Shown in pieces: positions 1 to 14,100 of a stretch of 64,000 nucleotides of DNA. Made by a program: the position numbers and the translations under genes. The notes under the pieces were generated by a model. It was given only the letters and a program-made list of their open reading frames with translations. It was not told where the DNA came from and did no database searches. Every line of letters starts with the position of its first letter. Position 1 is the first letter of the stretch. The DNA comes from Ruditapes philippinarum. Lineage: Eukaryota. The stretch is taken from positions 62,001 through 126,000 of the forward strand of contig NW_026863230.1 in the NCBI RefSeq assembly GCF_026571515.1, in the 5' to 3' direction.

Positions 1-404
1 ATTTTCATGATAATTTTGAAAAGTATTTTTAAAAATTAAATATTGTGAAATGAACAAAACTGGTAATTGACACATTGCAATCGGCACTTATAATCCACGT
101 AAATTATCGGAAAGAGGTCAAAATATGCAAAAAAGCCCTACTGCGTTACGAACGCAGTAGAAATATGGTGAAAAATACTACAAAAAAGTCATTTATTATC
201 AATTGAATCTTTAATCTATTTACTTTTCTAGAAAATTAAGTACAGTTTAAAATTAATTTTCTTGAAATTTTTCGGCTCATCTGGAGGCATGCATCTTTAA
301 ACTTAAATACACACCATCAACACAGAAGTTAGTAATTGTAAATAATTATATTTGTTGATACCGCCCTGTATCTTTTGAACTTGATTAAGTTTTATAACTA
401 ATAG

Positions 405-3400
405 AATGTGAAGCATTGAAGTTTGGTATAGAATGCAAAGAAAGTTGTTCCTCAAATTGCAAGCATGGCCATTGCAATAACGTCAACGGCAATTGTACTT
501 TTGGATGCAAGCCAGGTTATCAAGGAAATAAGTGTGAAAAAGGTAAGTCATTCTATTATTCAATTTTTTATGCAGGAAGGTTGATTGAATTAACAATGCC
601 AATGATTCAACATTCTGATTGTTATAATTATACAGTATGGTTATTTCATTTCTATGACCTTTCTCCAATTTTGTAATTTGGTAACATGATTTCTTTACTT
701 ACAAAAACACAATAATGACTGAAAGAGTAGCATATAAAATGATCTTCACATAATGTTTTGATGGTGTCTTCCTCGACAACATTTGTAGGTTAATCAATAA
801 TGTACAATTATATGTAACCTAAATTTAAATACACATCATGAACACAGAAATAACTGAAAATATTTGTTGAAATCGCACAGTATCTTTTTAACCTGATTAA
901 GTTTTATAAATAATAAAATGTGAAGCATTGAAGTTTGGTATAGAATGCAAAGAAAATTGTTCCTCCAATTGCAAGCATGGCCATTGCAATAACGTCAACG
1001 GCATTTGTATTTTTGGATGCAAGACAGGTTATCAAGGATATAGGTGTGAAAATAGTAAGTCTTTTGTGTTATCTTGCGGGTATGATCTTAGCATAAATAT
1101 GTCTAAACGATTTCCCATCACTCGTATTGAACATGTACGATTCGATTTTAATATTTTATATGAAAATAAATCCTGTATATATTGTTCTTAAAAGTAAGCA
1201 CAGGTCTGTTTTTAATTAACTTAATGATTCGATATTTAACTTTGTACGATACAGTTTTATATGCAGTTGCTGGGTCATGTGGGGGTTGCGTTCATTAAAC
1301 GCCGCCTTTCCTTGTTGATCTGGTTTATCATATTCTATATAAGATAATTTTTTCTATGCCTGATTCAATTTAAAATGCAAAAAAGATCTAATTTGTAAGA
1401 TCAATTTCTTACAATTCGTAACATGAAAAATTCGTGTTCAATGTGCTAACAACGTTTTCCATATCATGCCACTTCATTGAATAAATGAAAATAAAATGAG
1501 AAAAAAGACACGGGTTCATTTTCAAGACAACTTTTTTATCACTTTTATTTTATGTTAAATTGTGCTTATTTATTTTATTTGATTTTATTTACAAATCTGG
1601 TAGAATGTTTTATTATCTTGACTTTCTGTATTAGTTTGGATGATCAAAATTTATTCATTTTATTTGATTTTATTTATAAATCTAGTAGAATGTTTTATTA
1701 TCTTGACTTTCTGTATTAGTTTGAATGATCAAAATTTGAAAGTGCGTTACCTTCTTCTTTGTAGTTTCCAACTAAAATCTGACAATCTAATAAAATTGCA
1801 AACGAATCATCCTTTTAACATATTTGTCTTCGACTGTATAAAAACGACGATCTGCCATGGGATTACATGTATATCTTATGTTAGAAATTAGTTTGTTATC
1901 ATGTCTGCTGAGGCAGTCAAAGATTGATACTTGTCATATGAAATATGAAACATATTTTAAAATCGATAGAATGGATACAATGGCCCTAAAGTCATTTTGT
2001 TTTCTATGCCTGAGTGTTAATATTGATATATTACTTTTTGTTGGCAATAAAAAAAATGTAACACATCTGTGATCCTTTATCAGAATGTCGTTCTGGATCG
2101 TTTGGGACGGAATGTAGTGATAAATGTTTTACCACTTGCAAAAATGGTGTCTGCAATCATACGAAAGGCTATTGTATTAGTGGAAGCGAGGCTGGTAATC
2201 AAGGATATATGTGTGAAAGAAGTAAATTTTCAAAAATTGCATGATTACGTAGATAGTATGACAGTATACAATAAGTATAAAGGAACTTTACACTTTTTTG
2301 TACATCTACGACTCCTTAAGATAGTTTGCCTAAAACTTTTAAATTTCTTCTGACCATGGTATTGATTTTTCGTAAGATATTTTATATTTAAAATTTGTTA
2401 TTACATACCTTAAATGATTACTCCAACTATCGACGTACATTTTCAATGCTTCTGCTGTCAGCTGTCTCAGCCAGTCAGGTAAATGTGAACATGAGTAAAC
2501 AATATCAATATTGCTTTACATTCATAATTAAAACTATCTTGCTGCATTTGCCAGTCATGAAATTGCTAACAACAAAATGAAAGTGCCTGTGCTAGGGCCA
2601 ACACAATTTACAGGAAGGTTGATCACCATGTTAAGTTGTGCAGCTGGGGTTTCGCGTGTGGATTAATTCACTTTTGTCAGAGTTATTGCCCTTGACTTTG
2701 TTTTGATATTCAAAAATTAAAAATAGCACTTTGGAATACGGCATTCGAGGTCAATACATATAAATCAAAATTCAAAACGGTGTTCATTAGCCGTTATTAT
2801 TTCCTATATAAATTATAATAATCATAATAATAAGAAATAAATATACTGTAACATTTAATATCGTACCGGCAAATTTCGATTCACAAAAAGAAATCTTGTT
2901 AGAAATAAAATGTGCATTATATATTAAATCTTTCCTAGAACTTTCTGTTTCCTAAAATGAATGTTTACTAAATTTTATGTTGATAATGTGGTGCAGTGAA
3001 TTATGTGTATTTGGTCAGTATTTATTTTTATACATAATTCAATTTTTGCACAGAAAAATGTAACGGTGCTGCTAATTTATGTAATCATTGTGTTAGGATT
3101 GATTTTGTAATAAAATCAAAGAAGGATTTTTGATACTCAATAGAAATAATTTCCGCCATACTTTTCCTTATTATTTCTCTAGGATGAAATAAATAAATGG
3201 ATACTGGAATTCTTTTTCATTCTTTATAATTATATCTGATTTCTTCTCAATATATAAGTCGGACTATTCTGTGATGGTTTGAAAAATATTTTGTTAATAC
3301 ACATGCATTTTTTTTTCAAAATAATATTAACAATGTACGGTCGGCACCTTTGGCGTACATTTTGGATTTAATTTGAAAGTTTGTGAAATTATGCCCATAA

Positions 3401-6400
3401 TACATGTATGTATAAACGTATACAGTTCCGTAAGTAATTTGAAACTAGGTGGTGCATTATGCCCATCCAAGTCTGAATGGTCAGTTAAAATCAATACAAC
3501 TTAGCAATTGTGCCATTATCGTGTTCAATTTTATATTTACAATGAAAATAATCAATAATCCACGTGGCCGACAGAAATGTTTATAAATATCGTTAAAAAT
3601 CTGCAACGGTCAAGTTTTAAAAGAAAGGGCATTTTTTATAACTTATGTCGTTTTATATTATATCATAAACATTTTTCACTATCAATTACTTGATAGTTGC
3701 CATTATATTAGACATTTTTTTAAATTTAAATATACTACTAATTAAGCTTAATTTGAAATAAAAATAATGAGCATAATATCTATTTACACAGCACAGCAAA
3801 ATCAGTCATTGATTGCACATAACATATAAACTATTTCTTAAATCTTGATACTGTTTTTTTTTTAAAGGCAGATATTGTGCATAAGGACTGTTTATATTTG
3901 TCGACCAAGATTTTTAGAATTGGAAATTATTTTATTTACTTTTTATTGTTTTTAATGTCTTAAAACTTATATTTAGAATGCAATTATGGCCACTATGGTG
4001 ATAAGTGCGCCCATCAATGTAATGTTCATTGTATAAAAGGAAACATAATATGTAGACATACAGATGGAGAATGTGTGAATGGTTGTCAGGCAGGGTGGAT
4101 TGGTCAAAGACGTGATTCAAGTAAGTAAATGAAGTTATAAGATATATTTTTGTTGTGACGATCAGGACTGTTTTATCATTATAATTATTTTATTGATCCA
4201 ATTAAAACGGAAGTTAAATGTCTTTCTTTTTTTTCTAACATCACTGCAGAAGCCTGCATATCTCACATAAAAATAATCGTATTTCTAGGTGCTTTTATTC
4301 AAACTTTATTATTCATCAACAAACGTCATTCTTACTGACTACTCTTGTATGTTGGTTTTGTTTTGCTTCCAGAGTTCTTTAAAGAAATCATTTAATAAAA
4401 GAATTATTTTAACACATTAATACAAATATATAGCTTTCGTCCATTCTTTAATTGCAAACAATCACTATCAAATTTTAAATCAAACTATTTCATATTTTTA
4501 TTGTGATCAGCGTATTTACATTATTTATTCATAAATATCAATATCTGAACAACGTGAACATTTTATCAAATAATTGAACTATAAATAAACTTGTGTTGTG
4601 CGTAGTTGATCGCCTCAGCGTATTCAAACAACATTATCCTATGAATTCTAAATGACAATCGCTTTATATTATTTTGTTATAAATAGAATGTATGCTCGGG
4701 AAGTTCGGTCAAGTGGTGAGAATTGTCAATCAAATTGTAAAGCCGATGTATGTGACTACATCAATGGCAATTGTGTTGAAGGTTGCAAGCCAGGCTTTCA
4801 AGGAAACAAGTGCAAAGAAAGTAAGTGTATCGCCGTAATATTTGTAGTCCACCAAGTGCATTGATTCTAACAGTTTTTGTGCCAGCACAATGGGGGTATT
4901 TTTGTTTGCTATTGTATGTCCGTCTGCTGTCCATCCGCTTTACTTGTCCGGGACATAACTGTAAGAGGTATCAACATGAAACTTTATAGGTAGATAGATC
5001 TCATTAGGTGATGCGCAAGAAGTGTAACTCTTCCTTGTCTAATTATGGAGTCATTGCCCTTAGTTCATATTTACATTTTGAACTTTGTCCGGGACATAAC
5101 TCTGACACTTTAAGAGATATGAACAAGAAACGTTGTAGATAGATAGGCCTCATTGGGTAGATTTGCAGTGCATAGAACAATAACTCAGTTTTGAATTATT
5201 GCACATTGAACTTTGTCCGGGATATAACTCTGAAACTACATTAGGTATATTTTTCTGTGTCCAAAACCTATTTGGGAAGCATCACCGGGGTTCAACCGGT
5301 TCTTGCTACGTCTATTGTAACCATGACCATTTATTAGCATTTACTTGGTGGGCTTCATTTTATTTACACTGTCTTGTCATATAGGAATATATTGGGGTTA
5401 AGAGAGGTATGGCGTGTCTAAAACCGGTTGAAACTCCCCAGTGGTGTAACTAACCGATCGAAGGCGCTACCCCTCTGTGTTCCTTCCCGTGTTCCACATG
5501 TGTGAATTGTGTTTTGAATGTTTGCATGTTTCGTGATGTCTACCTTGTTAAATTGTCGTTAACGGTAAGTATTTTCTTTCGACCCCCCCCCCCCCCATTC
5601 GCCAAGATTTCCGTATCATTTCCCCCTGTCTTTCCCCTTGCACCACTTATTCCTTTAATTCCCATTATTTCGGCGCCCTTTGTTTTTGTTTTTTTTTTAC
5701 TTATTGCGTTTCCCTCCCCTCATTATGCAGCCCTTGTGTCCTCTGCTAATTCTGGTTCAGTGCCTTTTGAGTGTCCTGCTGTTGTGACTGGGGTATGACA
5801 GGGACTGCGTCCTGTGAACGTTGCCTTTGCCTTGTTGATCTTAATTTTCATTTTAGCAAGATTACCGAATTAAAACGAATTCTTAAATACACAAGTAAGA
5901 AGTAGTTATGTCTTTATATGTTAATGCAACAACGTTTTACATGTCACAAATCACTGATTTACTAATTGCCTTAAATAAAAGCAAACAATCAGACAGATAA
6001 AAAGCTACAATTAATATTATATCATATATAGATATAAATGTGTTTTTCTATTTAACTGTTTTCAAAATATTGTGTGGTTTTTATTTTTTTATTACAGTAT
6101 TCAATATAAAAAGTCTTATCAATCTTAAAAAAATCAGTTATTAATTATACATATTAAAAATAGGAATAACTTGAAATGGCAGATTTACTATATATAGACA
6201 CAAACCAATGAGTTCTTGGGAGATTAGGTTATTTTTAACAATTTATCCGTGTGCAAAATTAAGTTTATTTGTAGGTCTGTTTTCATTTTTAAAAAAAGTA
6301 GCAACCTGAAGATGGTTATATTTCACAAACTATAATCTGTCATGTAATGTCTAACCTAAGGTTCAACAATAATTAATTTAATTAGAAATCAGTATAAACA

Positions 6401-7862
6401 TGTCACCTAATATACAACAACTCACATAAAGAACTATCATATTGGAACACTCAAGTGATGTGCTTAATCGATAGCTAGCAGCAAATATTATTATTGTAAA
6501 ATCAAATAAAATACAGCAATGATAGTTTTATATTCATACGTTAATGTAGCATCGTACTATTGTAAGTTAATTTCCGATAAAAGTATGACAAATTATGTTA
6601 AAGAATTATCAATTTTACACTATTAGATTGTAAAACACAATCATTGATAACATTGTTTGAAGTAGAGATAAGGTCATAGTACTTACACTAAAACACATAA
6701 TTATGACTATTGTTTGATTCAATAATTGAGATAATACGATTAACTTTTTTTACAGTTTCAGACAAGGTTTTAAGTGACACAAAACCGTGCACACGATATC
6801 ACGAAACACTTAAGCTGAAAATAGTTTTGATATGTGTCGGAATCCTTTGTGCCATTCTTGTTGTGTACGCTTCAGTTATAACGATCTTGTTTAAACGTAA
6901 GACGAAGCATAATTGTGAGATGTTTTTAAGAATTTATTTACTCATTTAAATAGCTTCGCTTCTAATCTTTGAGCTAATATAAAATATGACAGAAAACTTA
7001 GGAAAAACTCATGCATAATCAATGAACAAAAAACCTTACGGAATAAAATCCAAAGATTATTTTTAAAATGTTTTGGGGACCAATTCATCAATGAACATCC
7101 AGAAATCAACATTTTTTATCAATTTAAAGGCGGCAAATACATGAACAGATATGAACCTTTAGGTTATTCACAATATTCATTCCTCTGATTTATTGATTTC
7201 ATGTTAAAGAAAAAGATGGGACTGATGGCATTTGCAGTGGAAGGTAAAAGTATTGTACCTTATTTCATATATGTTAATATGTTATTTAAATATAAATATC
7301 TTTATACCGATATCCAGTATGATTTGCTCCTGGATTTAACATCTTACAAGATCTTAGGTAAATTATTGGTCTAATATAACATAAGTATTAAATAATATAT
7401 TGTCGAATGGGTAAAATGTAATGAATATGCAACTCTATCAATGTAATGAAAAGAAATTTGTTGTCGTTCCCAAACACCCATGTCGCGATTTCTTTTTATG
7501 TGACTTCATCTTGTTAACTCATGGATCTATCGTCAACAGACATAAGTTTGCTTAAATCCAGTATTAAATTAAAACCTTGATCTTGCATTAAAAATCTATT
7601 AAATCAATACTTAATCCAATAATTTCCTTTCATTTGAGTTTAATGGTCCTTGAGAAATGTTGTATTCTATTTTAGGAGCTATGGTGATGCTGATGCAAAT
7701 GAAACAAATAAAACAGAAACTGTAACAACTGGAGCAGCAACAGAAGCAGCAACTGAAATAGCAAAAGTTCAGATAGATGCCATTGAAAATGAATCTCATC
7801 AATATACAGATCTGAGTCCCGATACGAAAGATGAAGCAACATATGAAACTATACATGAATGA
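405..7862 (+). CDS. 3' part of a MEGF10/Draper/CED-1-like EGF-repeat single-pass receptor with ITAM-like tail; several lesions, possibly a pseudogene; 5' end lies upstream of the window
   Basis: Phase-1 EGF exons at 405-542, 917-1054 (acceptor dead), 2084-2221, 3977-4120 and 4687-4820, of the form ECxxGxFGxxCxxxCxxNCxxxxCxxxxGxCxxGCxxGyxGxxC. TM exon 6756-6896 (IVLICVGILCAILVVYASVITILF). Mini-exon 7210-7243 (phase 1 to 2). Last exon 7676-7862 ends ...HQYTDLSPDTKDEATYETIHE*. Splice phases chain consistently. Confidence 0.85.
917..1054 (+). pseudogene. Tandemly duplicated EGF exon with inactivated splice acceptor
   Basis: Near-identical to exon 405-542 including about 100 bp of upstream intron. 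The acceptor reads taataa|aatgtg instead of taatag|aatgtg; the donor gtaagt is intact. Confidence 0.8.
4873..5310 (+). mobile_element. Degenerate non-autonomous Helentron-type (HINE-like) tandem-repeat element in an intron
   Basis: T-run start, gtccgtc microsatellite, repeated ttgtccgg(g)acataact units, 3' hairpin accggggttcaaccggt followed by tcttg. Confidence 0.55.
5316..5855 (+). mobile_element. 3' UTR fragment of a Penelope-like retroelement family
   Basis: Homologous to 17490-18060 and 26700-27070, which lie directly downstream of PLE-like coding remnants. Ends ...ctgcgtcctgtgaacgttgcctttgccttgttgatc. Short copies of this end occur at about 1265-1335, 11965-12045 and 27585-27645. Confidence 0.55.
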
Positions 7863-8914
7863 CCATAACTATAATAGTCTTTTTTCAAGGTAGTTTAATG
7901 TGCTCCTTTACAACTCAATTAATTATTAAAACCTTTAAATTTGAAGACAATGATACGTCGTTTAATAGGACTTTGTTCATTAAACAATTATGTACGTTGC
8001 GTTGAAAATTATGTTAAACAAGCATTATGGCACACTTCACTACCATTTAAAAGTATGTTAAACATTAATGAATCATTTCACATGATTTTTGATTTAGGGT
8101 TAATTATGATTAATTGATTTAAAACTACGCACAATTTATTTATTTTTATTTTTAACAATTCCAATCGGATTATTTACAAACATTACATCTTTTTCCGATC
8201 GGATTTTCTTATTTTCTGAGATTGCGGGAAGTATGTGTTCAATATGTATTTTAAAGATAATTATGCTATGCTCAAATTTGATATCAGAAACATTGATAAT
8301 TGCTACACAGTCTCTTTGTAAATATAGAATAAATATGTTTTGACTTCACACAAAGTAGATATGTCATGTTTAATACTCCACACTCTATGGGTGGTCACAA
8401 TATGAATATATAGTGTCGTAGAAAACTGGCAGTCTTTTTTAAAGAAAAGACCATCTTTATATATCTGTCCTGTAATAGGAAACATAGTTTCCAATACATA
8501 GTTTATTCATGTTTTTTATTTAAATTACTCATATTCAAAAAGAATTTCATAGATTTTAATAAATTGCTTCGATAAAAATTATTTACTCAAGGATGAGCAT
8601 AGTATATCTTTAATGCTTTTTCTTGTTGAATCAATTTAAACATGGTTCGAAAAATTGATAGGAGCTTTTCTATATATTGTAACTGGCAAAATTATTGACT
8701 GGAATTAACCCCAAATGGATATTTTTCCTATTGGATTTTTTCAATAATTTTATGGGAAATATATCATATCGTAATTAATTATATTGAAAATTAATCCATT
8801 TCGAATTTTTTATAAAATATATTTTTTAAGGTAGGTGTATGTATCTTCAAGACTAGATAAAGATGAAACCATAAAAACGACTGTTTCACAGCATTTTTGC
8901 AGTCTTTATGCTGA

Positions 8915-9085
8915 GGGGGGGGGGTCCGTAGCCGAGTGGTTAACGTCGTTGAATTCAAACCACTTGCTTCTTACCGCGAATCCTGCCAGGGACTTTGGCC
9001 TCTTTCATTTGAGGAAGCTATCAGGCTAGCTTACGGAGCATCAGTTGTTCTACTCAGGTGCCCGTTCGTTCCTGAGTAATGCACG
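8915..9085 (+). mobile_element. tRNA-derived SINE, truncated; related copies at about 34960-35060 and 36225-36385
   Basis: A-box-like gtagccgagtggttaa head followed by the core gaggaagcta(t)c..gctagcttacgga..tc.gt.gttctactcaggtgccc, which the other two copies share. Confidence 0.7.
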
Positions 9086-10039
9086 AAAGAAAAACAACAT
9101 TATGCTGATTAAAATAATACTAATGAGAATTATCACATTATGGACTTTTACGTTATCCTGTAGTACAATCAAAAATATCATAAACTTCAGACTGAGATTT
9201 AACAAAACTTTTAAATTATACATAGATTAAAGTTGTGTTGTATAAACAACCAGTTTTGATATGTTCTTTGCTTAGGACATCAATCAATGATATCGGTCTA
9301 TAATCATTAGGGTTAAACAAACTACCTTTTTTATGGACAGGTATAATTACACATTGACACCATTTTTCTGGGAATGTTCCAGAATTAAATATCTTATTAA
9401 AGACGTTTTCGGTAGTTTTCTGTGCGCATCGTTATGCGCTTCCAAGAAAGATAATCACGGATAATTACTCTTCAAATGAAGGTCTAGTTGAATAGTATTC
9501 GGATAAGTGTTAAAATTTCGGCTATAACCAAATAATGAGTAAATAATACAGAATAGATATTTTTAAATGTTCAAAAGGAGATCGGTTCAAAAGAATAAGA
9601 GGTCGTTTAGACAACATCACATAAAGGATTTCTCCAAGCATTAGTACGACAGCATTGATGATAATTCTGCACGCGTTACCCCACCCACTTGTGGTATAGT
9701 GACGAAAGTGCGTCGCGACTTGATTACTGGCAGACAACTGGGCAAAGAAGTTTAAAATGATATATTTTAAAAGTGTTGAATAAAAAAACAAAATTCATAT
9801 CTAAGAAATGTTCCGAGTTTCATTATTTTCTTTGTAAATTTCTGAATACTTGCTTACTTTTCGGTATGTTAGTCGAGTTAAAAAAATAATATGGCCCTAG
9901 ATATGTTTTAAAAAGATATTCAGTATTATTTACTTAATATAACATCAAAAGAAAAAGAAATTTTTGATTACAACATGTTTTTGTTGTATATTTGACAATA
10001 CATTTTGTATAACACTGATATTTCTTAAGAAAGCGTGGT

Positions 10040-10920
10040 AATTTTGACATTTGGCATATGCGGTAACCATGGAAACTGCCCGTTTACAAAAAACTTACAC
10101 GTCAACATATATATTTTATTTCTATTTTTGAATCCACTATCAAATGTTACTTGATAAATCAATAATGTAGAAAATTCTATGAAAGAAATTTCTTGATGGC
10201 TTTAATTTTTTTACATAATTCATGTTTATTTTTCTCATTTTTTGTTTAGTTAAAAAGCATGAAAACTTATTTTTTAAAGAAATATGTTCCAATTATCGTT
10301 TATTTTATACAGAACCCTAAGATAAAGGAAGCTTTGTATAAAATTATGTTTATTGTGAGTGTAATAAGCTATTTTATACATTATTATAACACAGTTTGGC
10401 TATTTTGACAATTTTGAGATATACGGTTACCATGGAAACTGCCATTTTTCAAAAAATCCAACACGCCAACATATATTTTTCTTTTTCTTTTTGAATTTGT
10501 CATTAAATTTTACACAACATACAAAAAAATTAGAAAATCCTATGAGACACTTTTTTCAATTATTCTCAGAATTCATGTTTATTTTTCTCACTTTTTGTTC
10601 AGTTGAGGAACATGGAAAACTCATTTTTTAAAGAAATATGTTCAGATTATCATTTGTTTCATACAGAATCATTAGATAAGATTATCTTTGCATAAAACAA
10701 TGCTCGTTGTGTGTTTTAAGCTATCTTATACATTTTCTATTCGTTATAACACAGTTAGGCTATTTTGACAGTTTTTAGATATACGGTTACCATGGAAACT
10801 GCCATTTTACAAGAAATCCAACACGCCAACATATATTTTTCTTTTTATTTTTAAATTCTTCATAAAATTTTACTCATCATACAAAAAATTTAGAAAATTC
10901 TATGAAAGGATTATTTTTTC
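10040..10920. repeat. Tandem repeat, about 360-bp unit, roughly 2.5 copies
   Basis: ttttgaca...cggt(t/a)accatggaaactgcc...acacg(t/c)caacatatat recurs at about 10042, 10403 and 10763. Confidence 0.85.
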
Positions 10921-10949
10921 ATAAAACTGTAGAAAATGTCTTTTATTAA

Positions 10950-12235
10950 TTTGTACATATAAGCGACAACAAATGACTGGTGAAGGTACTGGTGTGTCAC
11001 CTGTTGCATTGTTAAACTTTAATTTCCTAACAGCTTCGTTTATTTTACCCTAGATATTAGACTATTAAAGAGAAAGTTCTCAATCTCATCTAAATAATCT
11101 ATTCATCTAAATTAAAATCTTTTCATACTGTTGCCTGTAAATGTTCACAAATTGCCCCATCAATATCAGCTCCAGAAAACAACTGGCTAAAGTGAGTAGA
11201 CCAGGTATCTTTACTTATCTACTGTTAAGTGAATGTCTGTTACATGTTTTTTATATATTATTTATTTTCTTCCGAAATTCTTTGGAGTTATCAATGCTTT
11301 AATCAATATCAGCTTTAAAGTTTGTTGGCAGATTTGTGCCATTCGTGTTTTTTCCCGCGACCCCGCCAATCGAAAAGTCGAGAGTTAAAAAGTTAAGGAC
11401 ACAGAGCAAAAACAAGCAGGTGCACTAACTGTTTTCGCTCCGCATCCCCGCAGTTTTATTTCTTAAATCTTGCTCCGCGCTCTCGCCATTTTAACATATC
11501 AATTTCCCGAATTTGCGCTTAGCGGGCTTGCATGACAAAAACACGAAAGGCACAAATCAGCAACAAAAATAAACTGATTTTCATATGCATATATTCTGTC
11601 TACATATATTTTACATGAATGCTTAGTGTCAATATAAATAATTAAATAATCCAAACTTTGACATTATCTGAATTTTTATAATGCAAACCTCAAAACTTTA
11701 CAGACAGTTTTACATTCAACACCAAACCATGCCCTATTTTGTGGTCTAGGTTTTTTGTGACCATACAACAGAGGTTTACTACAAAAACTGACACTCTTCT
11801 CAAATTATCAACAAGTATATTTACATCATTACAGTGTTCATACAGTAAGTTTTACCTTTCAGACAGATCTGGCATCTTCGCATTACAAAATGTAGATGAA
11901 TAGACAGATTTCCCATTATCATTAAAATAAGTACACTTTCAAACTTTCTAACCAAGTAAATACTAGGTCGTCCTGGCCTTCTTTCCGCTAGGTCGTGTTG
12001 TTCAATGAACGCCAGCCTTCCTTGTTGATCTTATTTACCATATTGTAGTTTGAATTATCAAATACAAAAGGAAATGAGTACTTTCAGTCACATCTAAAAC
12101 TTTAAATTCTGAAGTTAAATTATATTTATTAATATTTTGTGGATGCCAAACAATAGTCTACAACACTGCATCCATCCTGGTTAGCAAATATTAAGTTTCC
12201 TTAAGATCCATGAGTATTTTCAGGTAACCAACATA
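10950..12235 (-). mobile_element. Degenerate CR1/L2-like LINE ORF2 fragment (end of APE endonuclease plus linker), interrupted by a MITE and a PLE end
   Basis: Minus-strand translation gives NQDGCSVVDYCLAST...FKVLDVTESTHF (APE C-terminus), WFGVECKTVCK and ISKDTWSTHFSQLF...INEAVRKLKFNNATGD, with many stops and frameshifts. Confidence 0.65.
11321..11567. mobile_element. MITE with long terminal inverted repeats, inserted in the LINE fragment
   Basis: tttgttggcagatttgtgccattcgtgttttt at the left is the inverse of aaaaacacgaaaggcacaaatcagcaacaaa at the right; imperfect pairing continues inward. Confidence 0.75.
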
Positions 12236-13361
12236 ACGTTATAGATTGGCGTGTATGAATCTGCTGTTGGTATCTCTTTTTATTATTTATTAGTTATGAA
12301 TATGGTTAACAAAAACAGTAATAATAACAATAGTATGTAACAGTATATAATAAAGTTTCATGCTTCAGAAAATTACTATTCTTATTTATTCAGATGCTTT
12401 TGAATATGTTTTAATACTTGTAGAAACCATCTCAATACGTTGTCTGTTCATCAAAATAGTGTATATCTTATAGGATATTTGTGATGTAGTGGTTTGCGTT
12501 CAGACGTTGAATATAAGCTATGATCGCATTGGTATATAATGAATAGAATATTTTCTATTTCGAAAAATATGTTACATAGAAACTTTGCTTGTTTGTTTGT
12601 TTGTTTGTATAAGTATATGTATAAAAATTTCGGTCTCATATTATAAATTTTGTGCCGTGGTTTTGGTTTTCATATACAGATAGCATCAGATTATTGCAAT
12701 GAATATTTGAATCATTTTAGTTTTATTAACAGACGTTGTTTTAGGTGCCAGTTAATCTAGCCAGTCGCAACAACTGCCAGATGGAGTTAAACAATCTTTG
12801 AAAAAAGAATAATGTATGATTTTTGTTCAATGTTTTGTGTATCTTCTCTCAATTACCAGTTATTTGTCTTGGTTTGATTGCTCTCGAGGAGAGTTTCCCC
12901 ATTTTCAGGATTTTCATTTAAGAGTATTAAAGAGTAAGACCCATTTCAAACACCATCACTTAAATATGCTGACACATTTTTCATGTTTAATTTGTTATAT
13001 TCAACAACGTATCATTATGAAGAATAATTATAGTTATTCAATATACATTTTTGAATGTACAATACATATAAATGCAATCTCAAAACTGATTTCAAAGTGC
13101 TGCCACTTTCAATAGGTTGAGATGGAGTAAAAGGCTTTTCAACGTTCGATTTACGTTTAGCCTGTCACATGCCCAAAGTTTTCTTGGTGATGTGGTGATA
13201 CCACCCCCTTAGAATTACAAAAAGAGAAGAGGACACATTCCCCCTGATGTACCTTTTTCATAGGGGCGGCCTCGAAAATGTGATCACTTTTTTAACAACA
13301 TGTCTCAAACAAAAAATAGTGATGGGGGCCTAAATAGGCATTTTTTCCTTAACTGATGAAA

Positions 13362-13492
13362 AAAGATTCCTGATAGGTAATATGGTCCTATATAAGCGTT
13401 TATCATTTACTTACATAACCCGAGTCGCTATGCGAGGGTTATATTGAAAAACAACTGTTTATATACGGTCATATTACCCGTCAGGAATCTTT
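13362..13492. mobile_element. Crypton-type terminal hairpin (non-autonomous remnant)
   Basis: aaagattcctgataggtaatatggtcc...ataacccgagtcgctatgcgagggttat...cggtcatattacccgtcaggaatcttt. CGAG occurs twice around the centre, as in the Crypton hairpins. Confidence 0.6.
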
Positions 13493-13522
13493 GTAAAGCA
13501 TTTGTAAAACAGCAAACTTGCA

Positions 13523-14099
13523 TTTTAGCACAACTTTTCGATAAGAATAAGTAGAGCTATTCGAGTCGCCCGAGCGTCGGCGTTACCATTATGTTAAAGT
13601 TTTTGTAACACCTCAAATATTTGCAAAGCCCATTTACATATGGCTTTGAAACTTATCACATTTGTTCACTATCATGCCCCTAACCTGTAGACAGGAGGAG
13701 GTAACTCACTCTTTCAAGTATTTTGACATAATTATGCCCCATTTTTGACTTAAAATAAAGTTTGGGTACCACCTCAAATATTTTCAAAGTCCATTGACAT
13801 ATGGCTTTGAAACTTTGCACCCTTGTTCAACATCATAACCAAAACTTGAAGACAGTAGGTGGTACCTCTATCAAGCATTTTGACAGAATTATGCCCCTTT
13901 TCCGACTTAGAATTTACATTTAAGTTTGCGTACCACCTCAAATATTTACAAAGTCCCGTGATACATGGCTTTGACACTTTGCACACTTGTTAACAATTAT
14001 AACCCAAATCTGAAGTTAGCTCTATCAAGCATTTTGACAGAATTAAGCCTATTTGTCGACTAAGAATTTACGTTAAAGTTTGTATATCACCTCAAATAT
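13523..14099 (+). mobile_element. Non-autonomous Helentron-type element, same family as 42249-43082, 3'-truncated
   Basis: 5' ttttagcacaacttttcgataagaataagtagagctatt, gcgtcggcgt microsatellite, about 165-bp tandem units matching 42465-42960 in reverse. Confidence 0.8.
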
Positions 14100-14100
14100 A

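Noticed and set aside
1-300. Right end of a TTAA-target (Kolobok-like) element ending gcatctttaa
   Set aside because: The left end lies outside the window, so no TIR can be verified.
8915-8995. tRNA gene (also 31268-31345)
   Set aside because: The cloverleaf is degenerate and continues into SINE body sequence.
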